Assembly (NCBI GenBank): GCA_910579975.1
Contig: CAJTWU010000003.1
Location: 30,010 to 94,009, forward strand
Direction: 5' to 3'
Length of the DNA: 64,000 nt
Origin: an uncultured Vampirovibrio sp.
GTDB lineage: Bacteria > Cyanobacteriota > Vampirovibrionia > Gastranaerophilales > Gastranaerophilaceae
Part shown: positions 1-9,489 of the stretch, one piece after another
Layout: the number at the start of each line of letters is the position of its first letter
How positions within the stretch are numbered: position 1 is the first letter of the stretch
Program-made: the position numbers and the translations under genes
The notes under the pieces: model-generated
The model's input: the letters and a program-made list of their open reading frames with translations, nothing else
Database searches by the model: none
Told to the model about the DNA's origin: nothing

Positions 1-677
1 CACATAATTCTGTTTGTGTAATCACCTTTAGAAGTATTTTTCAGTCTTTCAATAAAATATAAAGTGTCATCTAATGTTTCACTCAATTGTGTAAACGACG
101 AATCAATCCATGAAACATCAGCATACAATGTCGCTGTTTCCTTTTCAATAGACTCTATTATTATATCAATTGCTCTTATATGAGATTCACGAGGTCCTGT
201 TGAAAGATGTCCTAAAATAATCGGTACATCAGGAAATTCTTGAGCTTTTTTATAAATTAATTCAGGGGAAGAAAATCTTGATTTAATGTGCCCTGAATGA
301 TACAAACAAGGTTTTTTAAATTCTTGAGCAAGTCTTAAATATTTATTATATTTTTCACTATCAGCTGCTAGTTTCATACATTCAGGATGGAGTTTTAGCC
401 CGATAAATTCAGGATAATTTTCCAAAAAGAAACGTATTACACTTTCATCCTCAGCAAGATGCGGTTCACAAACTGCAAGAGCCTTGAGTTTTGGATACTT
501 TCTCGTAACTTCAAGCATATCCATATTGCAATCATATTCATTTTTAGAATACAAGCCCTCTAAATTTGAACAAATTGCTATATTAACATCCTCCCCCATT
601 ATATCTAACAAATATTCAGGAGAAAAATCACCCCACGGAGAATTTTTACCATAATGTACATGTGAGTCAATTATCAT
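1..677 (-). CDS. amidohydrolase-family metal-dependent hydrolase (C-terminus beyond window edge)
   Basis: Own translation from ATG 677-675 gives MIIDSHVHYGKNSPWGDF...GLKLHPECM...ILGHLS. It has the N-terminal DxHxH motif. ATGA overlap with the radA stop. Absent from the ORF track because it runs off the window. Confidence 0.6.
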   Translation of the reverse strand, partial: MIIDSHVHYGKNSPWGDFSPEYLLDIMGEDVNIAICSNLEGLYSKNEYDCNMDMLEVTRKYPKLKALAVCEPHLAEDESVIRFFLENYPEFIGLKLHPECMKLAADSEKYNKYLRLAQEFKKPCLYHSGHIKSRFSSPELIYKKAQEFPDVPIILGHLSTGPRESHIRAIDIIIESIEKETATLYADVSWIDSSFTQLSETLDDTLYFIERLKNTSKGDYTNRIM

Positions 678-2038
678 TTACTTACAGACCTTGTAATAGC
701 TTCAATAATGCGTTTTACACGAATAACTTCTATTCCCTCAATTTTATCCTGAACCTCATTAGCCTCAGGAATAATAATTCTCTTAAATCCTAGCTTTTGA
801 GCTTCATTGATACGTTTTTCAATATGATTAACAGCTCTTATCTCACCGGATAAGCCAATTTCACCAACAATTGCAGTATGAGAATCAAATACAACATCAC
901 GAACACAAGTAATAATAGCCAATGCAATCCCTAAATCAGCTGCAGGCTCTGAAACATCAATACCCCCTATAACATTTACATAAACATCTTGTTTAGAAAG
1001 ATTTAAACCAATTCTTTTTTCCAATACAGCTAAAATTTGAAGCACTCTGCTTGTATCCACGCCATTAGCAATTCTTCTTGGAGCCGGATACGGTGTAGTT
1101 CCTACAAGAGCCTGTATTTCGACAAGTAACGGACGTGTACCTTCACTTGTGACAATAATCGTACTTCCCGGAGTTTGTGTTTGATTGTATTCTTTTAAAA
1201 ATAATTCTGAAGGATTAACAACCTCTTTTAATCCTTTGCCGCTCATCTCAAAAATCCCAACTTCAGAAGTATTCCCAAAACGGTTTTTAATTGAGCGTAA
1301 AATTCTATAGGTTTTATACTTGTCTCCTTCAAATTGAATAACTGTATCAACCATGTGTTCAAGAACTTTAGGTCCGGCAATATTCCCCTCTTTTGTAACA
1401 TGCCCTATTACAACTATAGAAATATTATTTGTTTTAGCAATTCCCATTAGAGCATTACAGCATTCTCTGATTTGTGAAACACTACCGGCAGAACTTTGAA
1501 TAGTAGAAGTATAAATAGCCTGAATACTATCAACAATAACTAAATCAGGCTGCATTTCTTCTATATGTTTTTTGATTAACTCAAAATTAGTTTGGGGATA
1601 AATATAAAGGTTATTTGATTTAATCCCAAGTCTTTCAGCACGTAATTTTATTTGACTTGCAGACTCCTCTGCAGAAATATACAAAACATTTTTATCATTT
1701 TTACAAAGTTCACCGCTTGTTTGCAGAAGAATTGTCGATTTACCAATTCCAGGATCACCTGCTATCAAAATTAAAGAACCTTTTACAATCCCGCCGCCAA
1801 GAACTCGGTCAAATTCAGAAATTCCCGTTGTTGTACGGATTTCCTTATTCATTTCTATTTCTGATAATCTGATTGGCGGATTAGTATCAGGTAATAACAC
1901 CGATGTTTCTAACTTGTTTCCACTCAGTACTTCTTCAACAAAAGAAGCCCAAGAGCCACATTCAGGACATTTTCCTAAATAACCGGCTGTTTCATACCCG
2001 CAACTTTGACATACATATTTTGATTTTACTTTTGCCAT
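674..2038 (-). CDS. radA: DNA repair protein RadA/Sms
   Basis: N-terminal CxxC..CxxC zinc finger, Walker A GDPGIGKST, KNRFG motif and Lon-like C-terminal domain. 454 aa. Confidence 0.95.
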   Translation of the reverse strand: MAKVKSKYVCQSCGYETAGYLGKCPECGSWASFVEEVLSGNKLETSVLLPDTNPPIRLSEIEMNKEIRTTTGISEFDRVLGGGIVKGSLILIAGDPGIGKSTILLQTSGELCKNDKNVLYISAEESASQIKLRAERLGIKSNNLYIYPQTNFELIKKHIEEMQPDLVIVDSIQAIYTSTIQSSAGSVSQIRECCNALMGIAKTNNISIVVIGHVTKEGNIAGPKVLEHMVDTVIQFEGDKYKTYRILRSIKNRFGNTSEVGIFEMSGKGLKEVVNPSELFLKEYNQTQTPGSTIIVTSEGTRPLLVEIQALVGTTPYPAPRRIANGVDTSRVLQILAVLEKRIGLNLSKQDVYVNVIGGIDVSEPAADLGIALAIITCVRDVVFDSHTAIVGEIGLSGEIRAVNHIEKRINEAQKLGFKRIIIPEANEVQDKIEGIEVIRVKRIIEAITRSVSK

Positions 2039-2039
2039 A

Positions 2040-2594
2040 CTAATTCATCGGTATAATTAATTTTTGACCAATTGATAAAGCATTAGGATTAGCCATTTTA
2101 TTAGCTTCAGCAATCGCATTTACTTTTGTCATATCAAAAGTGCCGTAAAACCTTATAATAACACTTTCCAGAGTATCACCTTCTTTAACAACATACTCTT
2201 CATCAGAAAGAGCTGTTGAAACAGGCTTAGTAGCAGCACTATCAGCAGGTACAAAAGAGAACTTTCCTGATGAAACAGCAGATTTTTTAACCGGAGCTGG
2301 CATTATATCATCTTTTGGAGTAGAAAGACTTATCAAAAGACTAACAAGAGTAGTTACTGCTAATGTGATTATTACTCCAACAACAACTCCGGCAACAAAA
2401 TAAACTTGCGGAGTTTTTTCATTTTTTTGAGGTTTTAAGCCAAAAGACTGCCAAAGAACATCAAGTTCTTTAGTTTTACTCTGGTTTCTATAAAAATCTT
2501 CATCTTGATGTTGTCTGTTATAACGAGATAACGCCTCCATCATAGCAACTTTTTCTCTTGTGATATTTGATCTTCTAAGTGTTGTGCTTTTCAT
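2040..2594 (-). CDS. LysM domain-containing membrane protein
   Basis: One TM segment plus a C-terminal LysM domain (YVVKEGDTLESV...GQKLIIP). I start it at the internal ATG 2594, which follows AAGAGG. The ORF extends to 2633. Confidence 0.6.
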   Translation of the reverse strand: MKSTTLRRSNITREKVAMMEALSRYNRQHQDEDFYRNQSKTKELDVLWQSFGLKPQKNEKTPQVYFVAGVVVGVIITLAVTTLVSLLISLSTPKDDIMPAPVKKSAVSSGKFSFVPADSAATKPVSTALSDEEYVVKEGDTLESVIIRFYGTFDMTKVNAIAEANKMANPNALSIGQKLIIPMN

Positions 2595-2801
2595 ATAACC
2601 TCTTAAATTGACGGTAAAATTAACCCTATACATGAAAACTTAACACAAAAAGTATATATGCGCAAATTTGTTACATATAATGTTACATAATATTAAGCAC
2701 AAAGTTTGCAATACAAATTTCACAAATAAAAAGCCTTGCTTTTCAACAAGGCGCTAAGATAAGTAAGTTTGGGGAAATAAATTATAAGTAAGATAAGATG
2801 G

Positions 2802-2975
2802 TTAAACTTTACTTCTGGATATAAATGTAACTCTTGATTTCATATCCATTGCGAATAATCGCATTTCGTCAACTAAAATATATGACTTATCCTCTACAGG
2901 ATTTTCGTTTATATAAAATTCTCTTGAAATCTGTGTTGCCATAGCATTGATGTTATAACTTTCCAATAAAGCCAT
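2802..2975 (-). CDS. small hypothetical protein (57 aa)
   Basis: Own translation gives MALLESYNINAMATQISREFYINENPVEDKSYILVDEMRLFAMDMKSRVTFISRSKV. AGAGAGG RBS 5 nt upstream of the ATG. Below the ORF-track length cutoff. Confidence 0.35.
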   Translation of the reverse strand: MALLESYNINAMATQISREFYINENPVEDKSYILVDEMRLFAMDMKSRVTFISRSKV

Positions 2976-3262
2976 CTTATACCTCTCTTATTTAACTTAA
3001 AGACAATATTAACTAAGCCCTTGCGAAGTTTTGCAAGTTCTTTCAACTCAATTAAGCATGCTCTTTTTGTAACATTTTGATTTACTGCTTATTTTGTTTT
3101 GAACTATCTTATTTAATTTCGTCTTACTCTTATATAAAGTTTATATAAAACCTCAAATTTCAGAGAACACTTTCTTTGTTACAAAACTTAACACAGTATT
3201 TGAGCAGTACATTCTTTTATATCACCCTGAAATACTGTTATATCAACACCATTCAGAACAAT

Positions 3263-3279
3263 TGTAACAAATTGTAAAT
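3263..3279 (+). promoter_or_regulatory. upstream direct-repeat module TGTAACA-AAT-TGTAAAT, 16 nt before the sigma-28 -35
   Basis: 7+3+7 module with 10-bp period. The same module at the same 16-nt offset occurs at 23079-23095(-), 44779-44795(-) and 11667-11683(+). Confidence 0.5.
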
Positions 3280-3295
3280 CTTAATCCAAATTCAT

Positions 3296-3322
3296 TAAAG
3301 TTTTTAGAAAATGTGCCGATAT
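3296..3322 (+). promoter_or_regulatory. sigma-28 (FliA/SigD)-type promoter TAAAGTTT-N11-GCCGATAT
   Basis: -35 at 3296-3303 and -10 at 3315-3322, with an exact 11-nt spacer. About 28 nt upstream of ATG 3351, which has an AAGAGGTG RBS. Confidence 0.75.
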
Positions 3323-3350
3323 ACATTATATATCATATAAGAGGTGTGTC

Positions 3351-3821
3351 ATGTCGAATTTCACGGTCAATGGTGTTTATAGTTATACCAGTGCAAATAT
3401 CTATTCTTATCTTGGCAGAGTTCCATCAAGTTCTACCAAGCTTGAACAGGCATTTGACGAGTTTAATATTACACCTACAGGTAAAACTGATGATTTGAAA
3501 AAGCTTGACAGAGCTATGTATGCCGAATATTCAGAACAGGTTCAAAATCAAATCGCTAATCAAAACAGCGAAAAGGTTATACCTTGGGCCGGATTATGTG
3601 CTCAAATCGGTGTACAGGCAACGGGTGATTATGAAAAAGACTATGCGGCTTTTAACAATGCAATCAAGTTATTGTCACAAAGTGCTCTTGATGGTCAAGC
3701 AATGACATATTTTGCAGGACTTAGAAGTGAAGCATCGAGAGTATTTGGACAAGCCAATACGCCCGGAGACGCACAAGCTCCTATCTCATTTGAAGTCTAT
3801 CAGGCTCAATTCTTGAGATAA
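3351..3821 (+). CDS. hypothetical protein (156 aa), sigma-28 promoter-driven
   Basis: ORF with good RBS, a dedicated promoter and a terminator. No recognisable domain. Confidence 0.7.
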   Translation: MSNFTVNGVYSYTSANIYSYLGRVPSSSTKLEQAFDEFNITPTGKTDDLKKLDRAMYAEYSEQVQNQIANQNSEKVIPWAGLCAQIGVQATGDYEKDYAAFNNAIKLLSQSALDGQAMTYFAGLRSEASRVFGQANTPGDAQAPISFEVYQAQFLR

Positions 3822-3829
3822 AAATTTTT

Positions 3830-3858
3830 ACGCCGGACAAATTGTCCGGCGTTTTCGT
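3830..3858 (+). terminator. rho-independent terminator
   Basis: 10-bp GC-rich stem ACGCCGGACA/TGTCCGGCGT followed by TTTT. Confidence 0.8.
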
Positions 3859-3872
3859 GTTAAACTATAGGT

Positions 3873-4568
3873 ATGAATATCTTAGTTACAGGAGCAACGA
3901 AAGGGATTGGAAAAGCTATCGCAAAATCTTTAGATGGCACTGTTTTTGCTGCTTCAAGAAATGTAGAACTTCTAAAAGAATATAAAAACTACTGTATTTG
4001 TGACCTGGCAACAATTGAAGGAATGCTAAAACTTGGGAATTATATTCAGGATAACAAAATTGATATCCTCATTAATAATGCCGGAGAATATATTTATTCA
4101 CCAATTGAGAATGTTGAGTTAAATGATATCGAGCATATAAACAGATTAAACCTAGAAGCTCCTTTATATTTAATTTCGAAAGCTGTTCCATATATGAAAT
4201 CAAACGGTTTTGGAAGAATTATTAATATCGGCTCGATTAGCGGAGTTATGGGAGAAGCTAATGCAAGCTTATATTCTGCTGCAAAATCCGGTTTAATCGG
4301 AGCAACTAAAGCTTTAGCACTTGAACTTGCTGAATGTGGAATAACAGTAAACACAATAAATCCTGGATGGGTAAATACAGATTTAGGCAACTCTTCAGCT
4401 GATGATGGAGAGTTTACAAAAGAAGAAATAATTGAATGTATACCTCAAAGACGTTTTGTTGAACCAATTGAGATTGCAAACATGGTAAAATATTTAATTT
4501 CAAATGAAGCAAAAGGCGTTACGGGACAATCAATAAATTTATGCGCAGGACTTACTTGCGGCTGCTAA
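3873..4568 (+). CDS. SDR-family oxidoreductase (FabG-like)
   Basis: TGATKGIG cofactor motif, NNAG, and YxxxK (YSAAK). 231 aa. Confidence 0.85.
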   Translation: MNILVTGATKGIGKAIAKSLDGTVFAASRNVELLKEYKNYCICDLATIEGMLKLGNYIQDNKIDILINNAGEYIYSPIENVELNDIEHINRLNLEAPLYLISKAVPYMKSNGFGRIINIGSISGVMGEANASLYSAAKSGLIGATKALALELAECGITVNTINPGWVNTDLGNSSADDGEFTKEEIIECIPQRRFVEPIEIANMVKYLISNEAKGVTGQSINLCAGLTCGC

Positions 4569-4580
4569 GAAAGGAAAAAC

Positions 4581-5510
4581 ATGTACACAAAAACTGAATT
4601 ATTAAATTTATATAATATGAATTTAGACTCACTTCTAAATGAGTCAAAAAAATATTTAAAAGATGAAGTTGAATTCTGTTCAATCATAAATGCACGTAAC
4701 GGGAAATGCTCGCAAAATTGCCGCTATTGTGCACAGAGTTCACACTACAACACCGAAATTGAATCATACCCTTTAATGGAAGTAAATGAGGTTATGGCAG
4801 CTGCTCATGATAGTGTAAAGAATGGTGCTGATAGAGTTGCAATTGTAACCTCAGGCAAAACTCCTGATGAAAGCGATTTTGACAGAATGCTTGATATGAT
4901 TAAGGCTTTAAATACTGATGGGATTAAAAGTTGTGCAAGCATTGGTATTTTAAATGAAGAACAGGCTAAAAAACTTGCAGAAGCCGGTTTAGTAAGATTT
5001 CACCATAATATTAACACTTGTAAATCATATCATCCTCAAATTTGTACAACTCATACATATGAAGATAGAATTAATACAACAAAGCTCGTTCAAAAATATG
5101 GTATTGAGCTTTGCTGCGGCGTAATTATCGGCATGGGAGAAACCGTTGAACAAAGGATAGAAATGGCTCTTGAGCTAGCAGAGATTAATCCGGAGAGTAT
5201 TCCTGTAAACATACTTACACCAATACCAAATACGCCTTTTGAAAGTTATATAGACAAAATAAATGAAGAACATATTTTAAGAACATTAGCAATTTTTAAA
5301 ATTGCTTGTCCGAATGCTTCTATAAGATTAGCCGGCGGTAAGAAAGCAAGAATGTCATCTGAAACTATAGAAAAAGCATTTACATATTGCGTTGACTCAA
5401 CTATTGTAGGCAATTATCTTACAACTACCGGATTTACACCTGATGAAGATGAAAAATTAATCAATCAGATTGGAAGGAAATTGAAGTGTCACTCTTTAAG
5501 CTGTTCTTAA
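4581..5510 (+). CDS. bioB: biotin synthase
   Basis: Radical-SAM CSQNCRYC motif with BioB-like length and layout. Confidence 0.85.
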   Translation: MYTKTELLNLYNMNLDSLLNESKKYLKDEVEFCSIINARNGKCSQNCRYCAQSSHYNTEIESYPLMEVNEVMAAAHDSVKNGADRVAIVTSGKTPDESDFDRMLDMIKALNTDGIKSCASIGILNEEQAKKLAEAGLVRFHHNINTCKSYHPQICTTHTYEDRINTTKLVQKYGIELCCGVIIGMGETVEQRIEMALELAEINPESIPVNILTPIPNTPFESYIDKINEEHILRTLAIFKIACPNASIRLAGGKKARMSSETIEKAFTYCVDSTIVGNYLTTTGFTPDEDEKLINQIGRKLKCHSLSCS

Positions 5511-6037
5511 TTTTCGTCAAAATCGGCGCAATCTTGCTTGGAGGAGGATATGTAATACTTCCTATTATGACAAGTGAGTTTGTTGAAAAGAAAAATCTCA
5601 TTACACATGACGATATGATTGATTATTTTGCATTATCACAATCTTTACCGGGAATAATTGCAGCCAATATTTCAATGTTTATAGGTTACAAGCTCCGTGG
5701 TAAATGGGGTGCAATTACAGCCATGATTGGAATAACATTTGTTCCATTCTGGTGCATAGTTCTTTTAGCTTCTGTTTTAGGCTCTTTAGTTAATAATTCT
5801 TACGTTCAAGGTGCTTTATGGGGAGTTGGCGTTGCTGTTATTGCACTTATTATGCTTACTGTTCGTGAAATGTGGCAGAAATCTAATAAAAACATGTATT
5901 TTTATACAATTTTTGTTTTGACTTTAGGAACTTTATTGATTTTCAAACTCTCGCCAATTCAGACAATTTTATTGTTTACTTTACTTGGAGTCGGATATAA
6001 AAGACTAGACGAGGGGGTAAATGGAGGAAGAAGATGA
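5486..6037 (+). CDS. chromate transporter (CHR) family protein, short-chain partner 1
   Basis: Polytopic membrane protein with the FLKIG..FGGGY signature. GTG start after GGAAGGA. Confidence 0.8.
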   Translation: MSLFKLFLIFVKIGAILLGGGYVILPIMTSEFVEKKNLITHDDMIDYFALSQSLPGIIAANISMFIGYKLRGKWGAITAMIGITFVPFWCIVLLASVLGSLVNNSYVQGALWGVGVAVIALIMLTVREMWQKSNKNMYFYTIFVLTLGTLLIFKLSPIQTILLFTLLGVGYKRLDEGVNGGRR

Positions 6038-6558
6038 TTTACCTTCAACTTGTGTTAGAATTCTTTAAAATCGGTCTTTTCTCATTTGGCGGCGGTTACG
6101 CCACAATCCCGTTTTTATACCATATATCAGAAGTTTATAAATGGTATTCATTAGATGAATTGACCCAGATGGTTGCAGTAGCATCGATTACACCAGGACC
6201 TGTAGGTATAAATGTTGCAACTTATGCAGGGCTAAAAAGTGCTGGTATATTGGGTTCGCTACTAGCAACAACGTCAGAAATGTTACCGTCTTTATTCTTG
6301 GTAATTATTGTTTCTAAATTATTAAGAAAATTTAGTGACAATTTTTATGTTAAATCAATCATTGAAACATTAAAACCAATAAGTTGCGCGCTTTTAACAG
6401 CAGTTGCAATCGGGCTTTTAAAACCTTCATTAGGCGATATTAAAGCAATGATTTTACTTACTGTTTTATTAATTATCAGCTGGAAATCTAAAAAAGATCC
6501 GTTGTTTTATATTTTATTCTCTGCTCTAATTGGAGTTATTATTAGAACATTAATCTAA
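6034..6558 (+). CDS. chromate transporter (CHR) family protein, short-chain partner 2
   Basis: Paralogous to the preceding ORF (FFKIGLFSFGGGYA). 4-nt overlap. Confidence 0.8.
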   Translation: MIYLQLVLEFFKIGLFSFGGGYATIPFLYHISEVYKWYSLDELTQMVAVASITPGPVGINVATYAGLKSAGILGSLLATTSEMLPSLFLVIIVSKLLRKFSDNFYVKSIIETLKPISCALLTAVAIGLLKPSLGDIKAMILLTVLLIISWKSKKDPLFYILFSALIGVIIRTLI

Positions 6559-7894
6559 ATAATAAGAATCTCTTATTCAATTTTTCAGAGAACTTCTTAA
6601 GATTTTCCACTGTTTCAGATGTATCATTAACAATCTGTTTCAAGTTATCTTTATCACCTTTACCGTTAACGGTTTCAAGTGCTTTGGTAACTTCACACAT
6701 TGTGATATTCAAATTATCAACAGAATCATTAAGTTTTTTCTTCAAATCTTCGTCTTTAGTCATAGTATTAACAGAAGCTGAAATTTCGTTGATATTTTTC
6801 ATTGCGCCATTTAAGTCTTCTGCAAACGCTTTTGCATCAACTGAACCAATAATCGGAGCAAGAGTTTTTGATAATTTATTAATTGACTCTGCTGTATCAT
6901 ACAATGCCGGTTTGAACTTTTCATCTGCAACAATTCCATTCAAATTAGTTGCAAGTCTGTTGAAGTTATTTGTTGCATCGGTCATCATCCAAATCATTGC
7001 ATCTAAATCATTTTTAGATGTATCAATAAGTTTTTCTGCTTTTTCTAAAGTTGTTGTAGCTTGAGCGGTAAGTTCTTTGAAGTTTGATACAGATTTAGTC
7101 AAATCTGCAATCATCTTGTCATTTAACAGCTCATTAACAACCCTGTTAGTTTCGGTTAGAGACTCTGCAGCTTTGTATTGTAAATCCATAAAATCAGCTA
7201 TTCTCATAGGTTCAATAACTGTATATGGAGATGTCTGATTAGGGTATGGTAACGGAGTATTATCAAGAGGTTCAATTCTTAATTTTTTAACCCCGTTTGT
7301 TGTAACAATTCTACCCTTCATAAACTCAGGTAAAATAAGTCCAGGAAGATTTACAAAATACTTAACTTCATATGCATAGTTTGTTTTAATTGTATCTTTC
7401 AAAGCATCAGGAACAAGTTTTGAAGTCATAATTTGTGATTTTTTAACTTTTCCCACATCATAATATTTTTCATCTAATTTAATCTCAACATTAGTATCAG
7501 CCGGTAAAAGTTCCTGATTAACAACAGGGATATACACAGAGCGTAATCTTGGCGGAGTTATTTCAAGGAACTGTTCGCCAATCAAGCCTGATTGCTGAAT
7601 TGATAACATAGAAGCCTTTGGAATTATTATATCAGGTTCAGTAATAACAAACTTCATTTTAACATAACTGTTTTCATCCTCTACAACAGGAATAATTTCC
7701 TCAACTTGCCCAACACGAAGCCCCATCATCTGAACTCCTGAACCGGGTCTCATACCATTAACATCTTTAAACTGAACTTCAATTCTTTCAGCAGAAGAGA
7801 ATGAACGTCCTTTTACCCACAAAACAGTAAATAGAAATATGGCTAATGCTATTATTGTTAATATTCCAACTTTAAAAGATGATGAAAGTTTCAT
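6542..7894 (-). CDS. mlaD: MlaD/MCE-domain protein with long coiled-coil C-terminal extension
   Basis: N-terminal TM segment plus MCE domain (VQFKDVNGMRPGSGVQMMGLRVGQV). Sits in an operon with mlaF and mlaE. Confidence 0.8.
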   Translation of the reverse strand: MKLSSSFKVGILTIIALAIFLFTVLWVKGRSFSSAERIEVQFKDVNGMRPGSGVQMMGLRVGQVEEIIPVVEDENSYVKMKFVITEPDIIIPKASMLSIQQSGLIGEQFLEITPPRLRSVYIPVVNQELLPADTNVEIKLDEKYYDVGKVKKSQIMTSKLVPDALKDTIKTNYAYEVKYFVNLPGLILPEFMKGRIVTTNGVKKLRIEPLDNTPLPYPNQTSPYTVIEPMRIADFMDLQYKAAESLTETNRVVNELLNDKMIADLTKSVSNFKELTAQATTTLEKAEKLIDTSKNDLDAMIWMMTDATNNFNRLATNLNGIVADEKFKPALYDTAESINKLSKTLAPIIGSVDAKAFAEDLNGAMKNINEISASVNTMTKDEDLKKKLNDSVDNLNITMCEVTKALETVNGKGDKDNLKQIVNDTSETVENLKKFSEKLNKRFLLFRLMF

Positions 7895-7907
7895 TTTATA
7901 ATAACCT

Positions 7908-8624
7908 CTAATTCATTTTCATAGGTCCGTCAATTGCTGCATTAACGAATTGACGGGTATATTCAGTGCTTTCTTGACATAATTCTTCAGGAGTTCCTTC
8001 AAACACTGCTTTACCATTATACAACATCAATACAGAATCTGATGTCCTCCTAATCGTTGACATTTGGTGAGTAACAACAATTGAAGCAGCATTTGTTTCA
8101 TTTTTTAATCTTACAATATAGTCTTCAATTAAAGTAGACGAAATAGGATCAAGTCCGGCGGTCGGCTCATCATAAAGAATAATTTTGGGCTCGGTAACAA
8201 TGGCACGGGCAAAACTTACACGTTTTTGCATACCGCCTGAAAGTTCCGAAGGAAACTTATTTTCTATACCGGAAAGTCCAACCATTTCAAGTTTTTCTGC
8301 AACAACCTTTTCAAGTTCAGCTCTTGTATATTTATTTCTAAGTTCTTTTCGTTCTTGAAGAGCAAAAGAAATATTATCAAAAACATTTAAAGAGTCAAAA
8401 AGTGCTGAATACTGAAACACCATAGCAATATCACCGCCGGTTGTATTAATCTCACCGCCATCCTTTTCAATCAATCCGCTTATAAGTTTTAATACCGTAC
8501 TTTTCCCTGAACCGCTAAAACCTACTATCGAAAGAATTTTCCCGTCATCAACTTTAAAAGACAAATCATCAATAATAGTTTTTTTATCAAATACTTTTGT
8601 AAGATTTTTTACTTCAATACTCAT
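7908..8624 (-). CDS. mlaF: ABC transporter ATP-binding protein MlaF
   Basis: Walker A GFSGSGKST, signature LSGGMQKR and Walker B ILYDEP. Confidence 0.9.
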   Translation of the reverse strand: MSIEVKNLTKVFDKKTIIDDLSFKVDDGKILSIVGFSGSGKSTVLKLISGLIEKDGGEINTTGGDIAMVFQYSALFDSLNVFDNISFALQERKELRNKYTRAELEKVVAEKLEMVGLSGIENKFPSELSGGMQKRVSFARAIVTEPKIILYDEPTAGLDPISSTLIEDYIVRLKNETNAASIVVTHQMSTIRRTSDSVLMLYNGKAVFEGTPEELCQESTEYTRQFVNAAIDGPMKMN

Positions 8625-8633
8625 TATTTACCT

Positions 8634-9443
8634 CTAATAAAAATAAACTGCTGCAAATAATAAATCAAGAATTACAATAGCAACAAATGACCAGACTACT
8701 GCTCTTGTTGTCGCAATACCAACACCTTTTGCACCATCTTTTGCGCCCATACCGCAAGAACAGCTGATGAGTGCAATTGTAAACCCGAAACTCAAGGCTT
8801 TTAGAATACAAACATTCAAATCATGCATATTTAAACCAAACCAAACAGAGTCAAAATAGGCTTTATAAGATAGTTCAGAAGTAATATTAGCAGCAACAGC
8901 TCCTCCGATAATCCCAAATAAAGATGAAACAATTACAACAAGAGGCATCATTAAAGTTCCTGCAATAATTCTTGGTGTAAATAAGTATTGTACCGGATTA
9001 ACTTTCAAAACCTTAATTGCATCAATCTGTTCTGTAACTTTCATTGTCGCAATTTCTGAAGCTAATGAAGAACCTATCATAGAAATTATTGCAAAACCAG
9101 CCATAATAGCACCTTCTTCTCTTACAGTTAGAATAGCAATGAGCATGCCTACAAAATTACCGCCACCCTGCTTAACCATTTCTCCGGCAACTTGCATTGA
9201 AATAATAATAGAAGTCATCCCTACAATTGAAAGAGTAATTGGAAGAGATGAAACACCAAAACGGGAACATTGTTCAATAATTTCTTTATACGAGGTATTG
9301 AAATGTGCTAATCCTTTTAAGAATTCCCAGCAATAAGCCATAATCTCGCCAAGCGTAGATACAAACTCATGAATCTGCGCCCATAAAAGCCTTAAAAGCT
9401 TGTAAGTATAGGTTGCTTTATAATATACCTTCATCTTTTGCAT
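8634..9443 (-). CDS. mlaE: ABC transporter permease MlaE
   Basis: MlaE/YrbE-like polytopic permease upstream of mlaF and mlaD. Confidence 0.85.
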   Translation of the reverse strand: MQKMKVYYKATYTYKLLRLLWAQIHEFVSTLGEIMAYCWEFLKGLAHFNTSYKEIIEQCSRFGVSSLPITLSIVGMTSIIISMQVAGEMVKQGGGNFVGMLIAILTVREEGAIMAGFAIISMIGSSLASEIATMKVTEQIDAIKVLKVNPVQYLFTPRIIAGTLMMPLVVIVSSLFGIIGGAVAANITSELSYKAYFDSVWFGLNMHDLNVCILKALSFGFTIALISCSCGMGAKDGAKGVGIATTRAVVWSFVAIVILDLLFAAVYFY

Positions 9444-9449
9444 TATAGC

Positions 9450-9485
9450 AAAAAAAAGGGAGTTGGTGAACCCGACTCCCTTTTT
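9450..9485 (-). terminator. bidirectional rho-independent terminator
   Basis: Stem GGGAGT..GACTCCC flanked by A8 and T5. Lies downstream of 9490-10056 on the minus strand. Confidence 0.75.
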
Positions 9486-9489
9486 GAAT

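Noticed and set aside
2617-2687. A possible sigma-28-like promoter for the LysM gene on the minus strand: TGTAACA-TTATA-TGTAACA, 25 nt, TTAAGTTT, N11, GTTAATTT.
   Set aside because: The -35 has one mismatch, the -10 matches only 3 of 8 positions, the repeat period is 12 rather than 10, and the offset differs. It is too weak to call.
2635-3195. A direct 13-mer repeat, AAAACTTAACACA, at 2635-2647 and 3183-3195 in the long 2634-3350 intergenic region.
   Set aside because: AT-rich 13-mers are expected to recur many times by chance in 64 kb. There is no supporting positional logic.
3313-3498. Track ORFs that begin MPI... at GTG 3313 and GTG 30416.
   Set aside because: Both 'starts' are the GTGCCGATA of the sigma-28 -10 box. 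The real genes start at ATG 3351 (a different frame) and ATG 30500, each with a proper RBS.
5486-6558. The chromate-transporter gene appears split into two ORFs, which could be a pseudogene.
   Set aside because: The two roughly 180-aa halves are paralogous, each is intact, and they overlap by 4 nt. This is the known short-chain CHR two-gene arrangement, not a frameshift.
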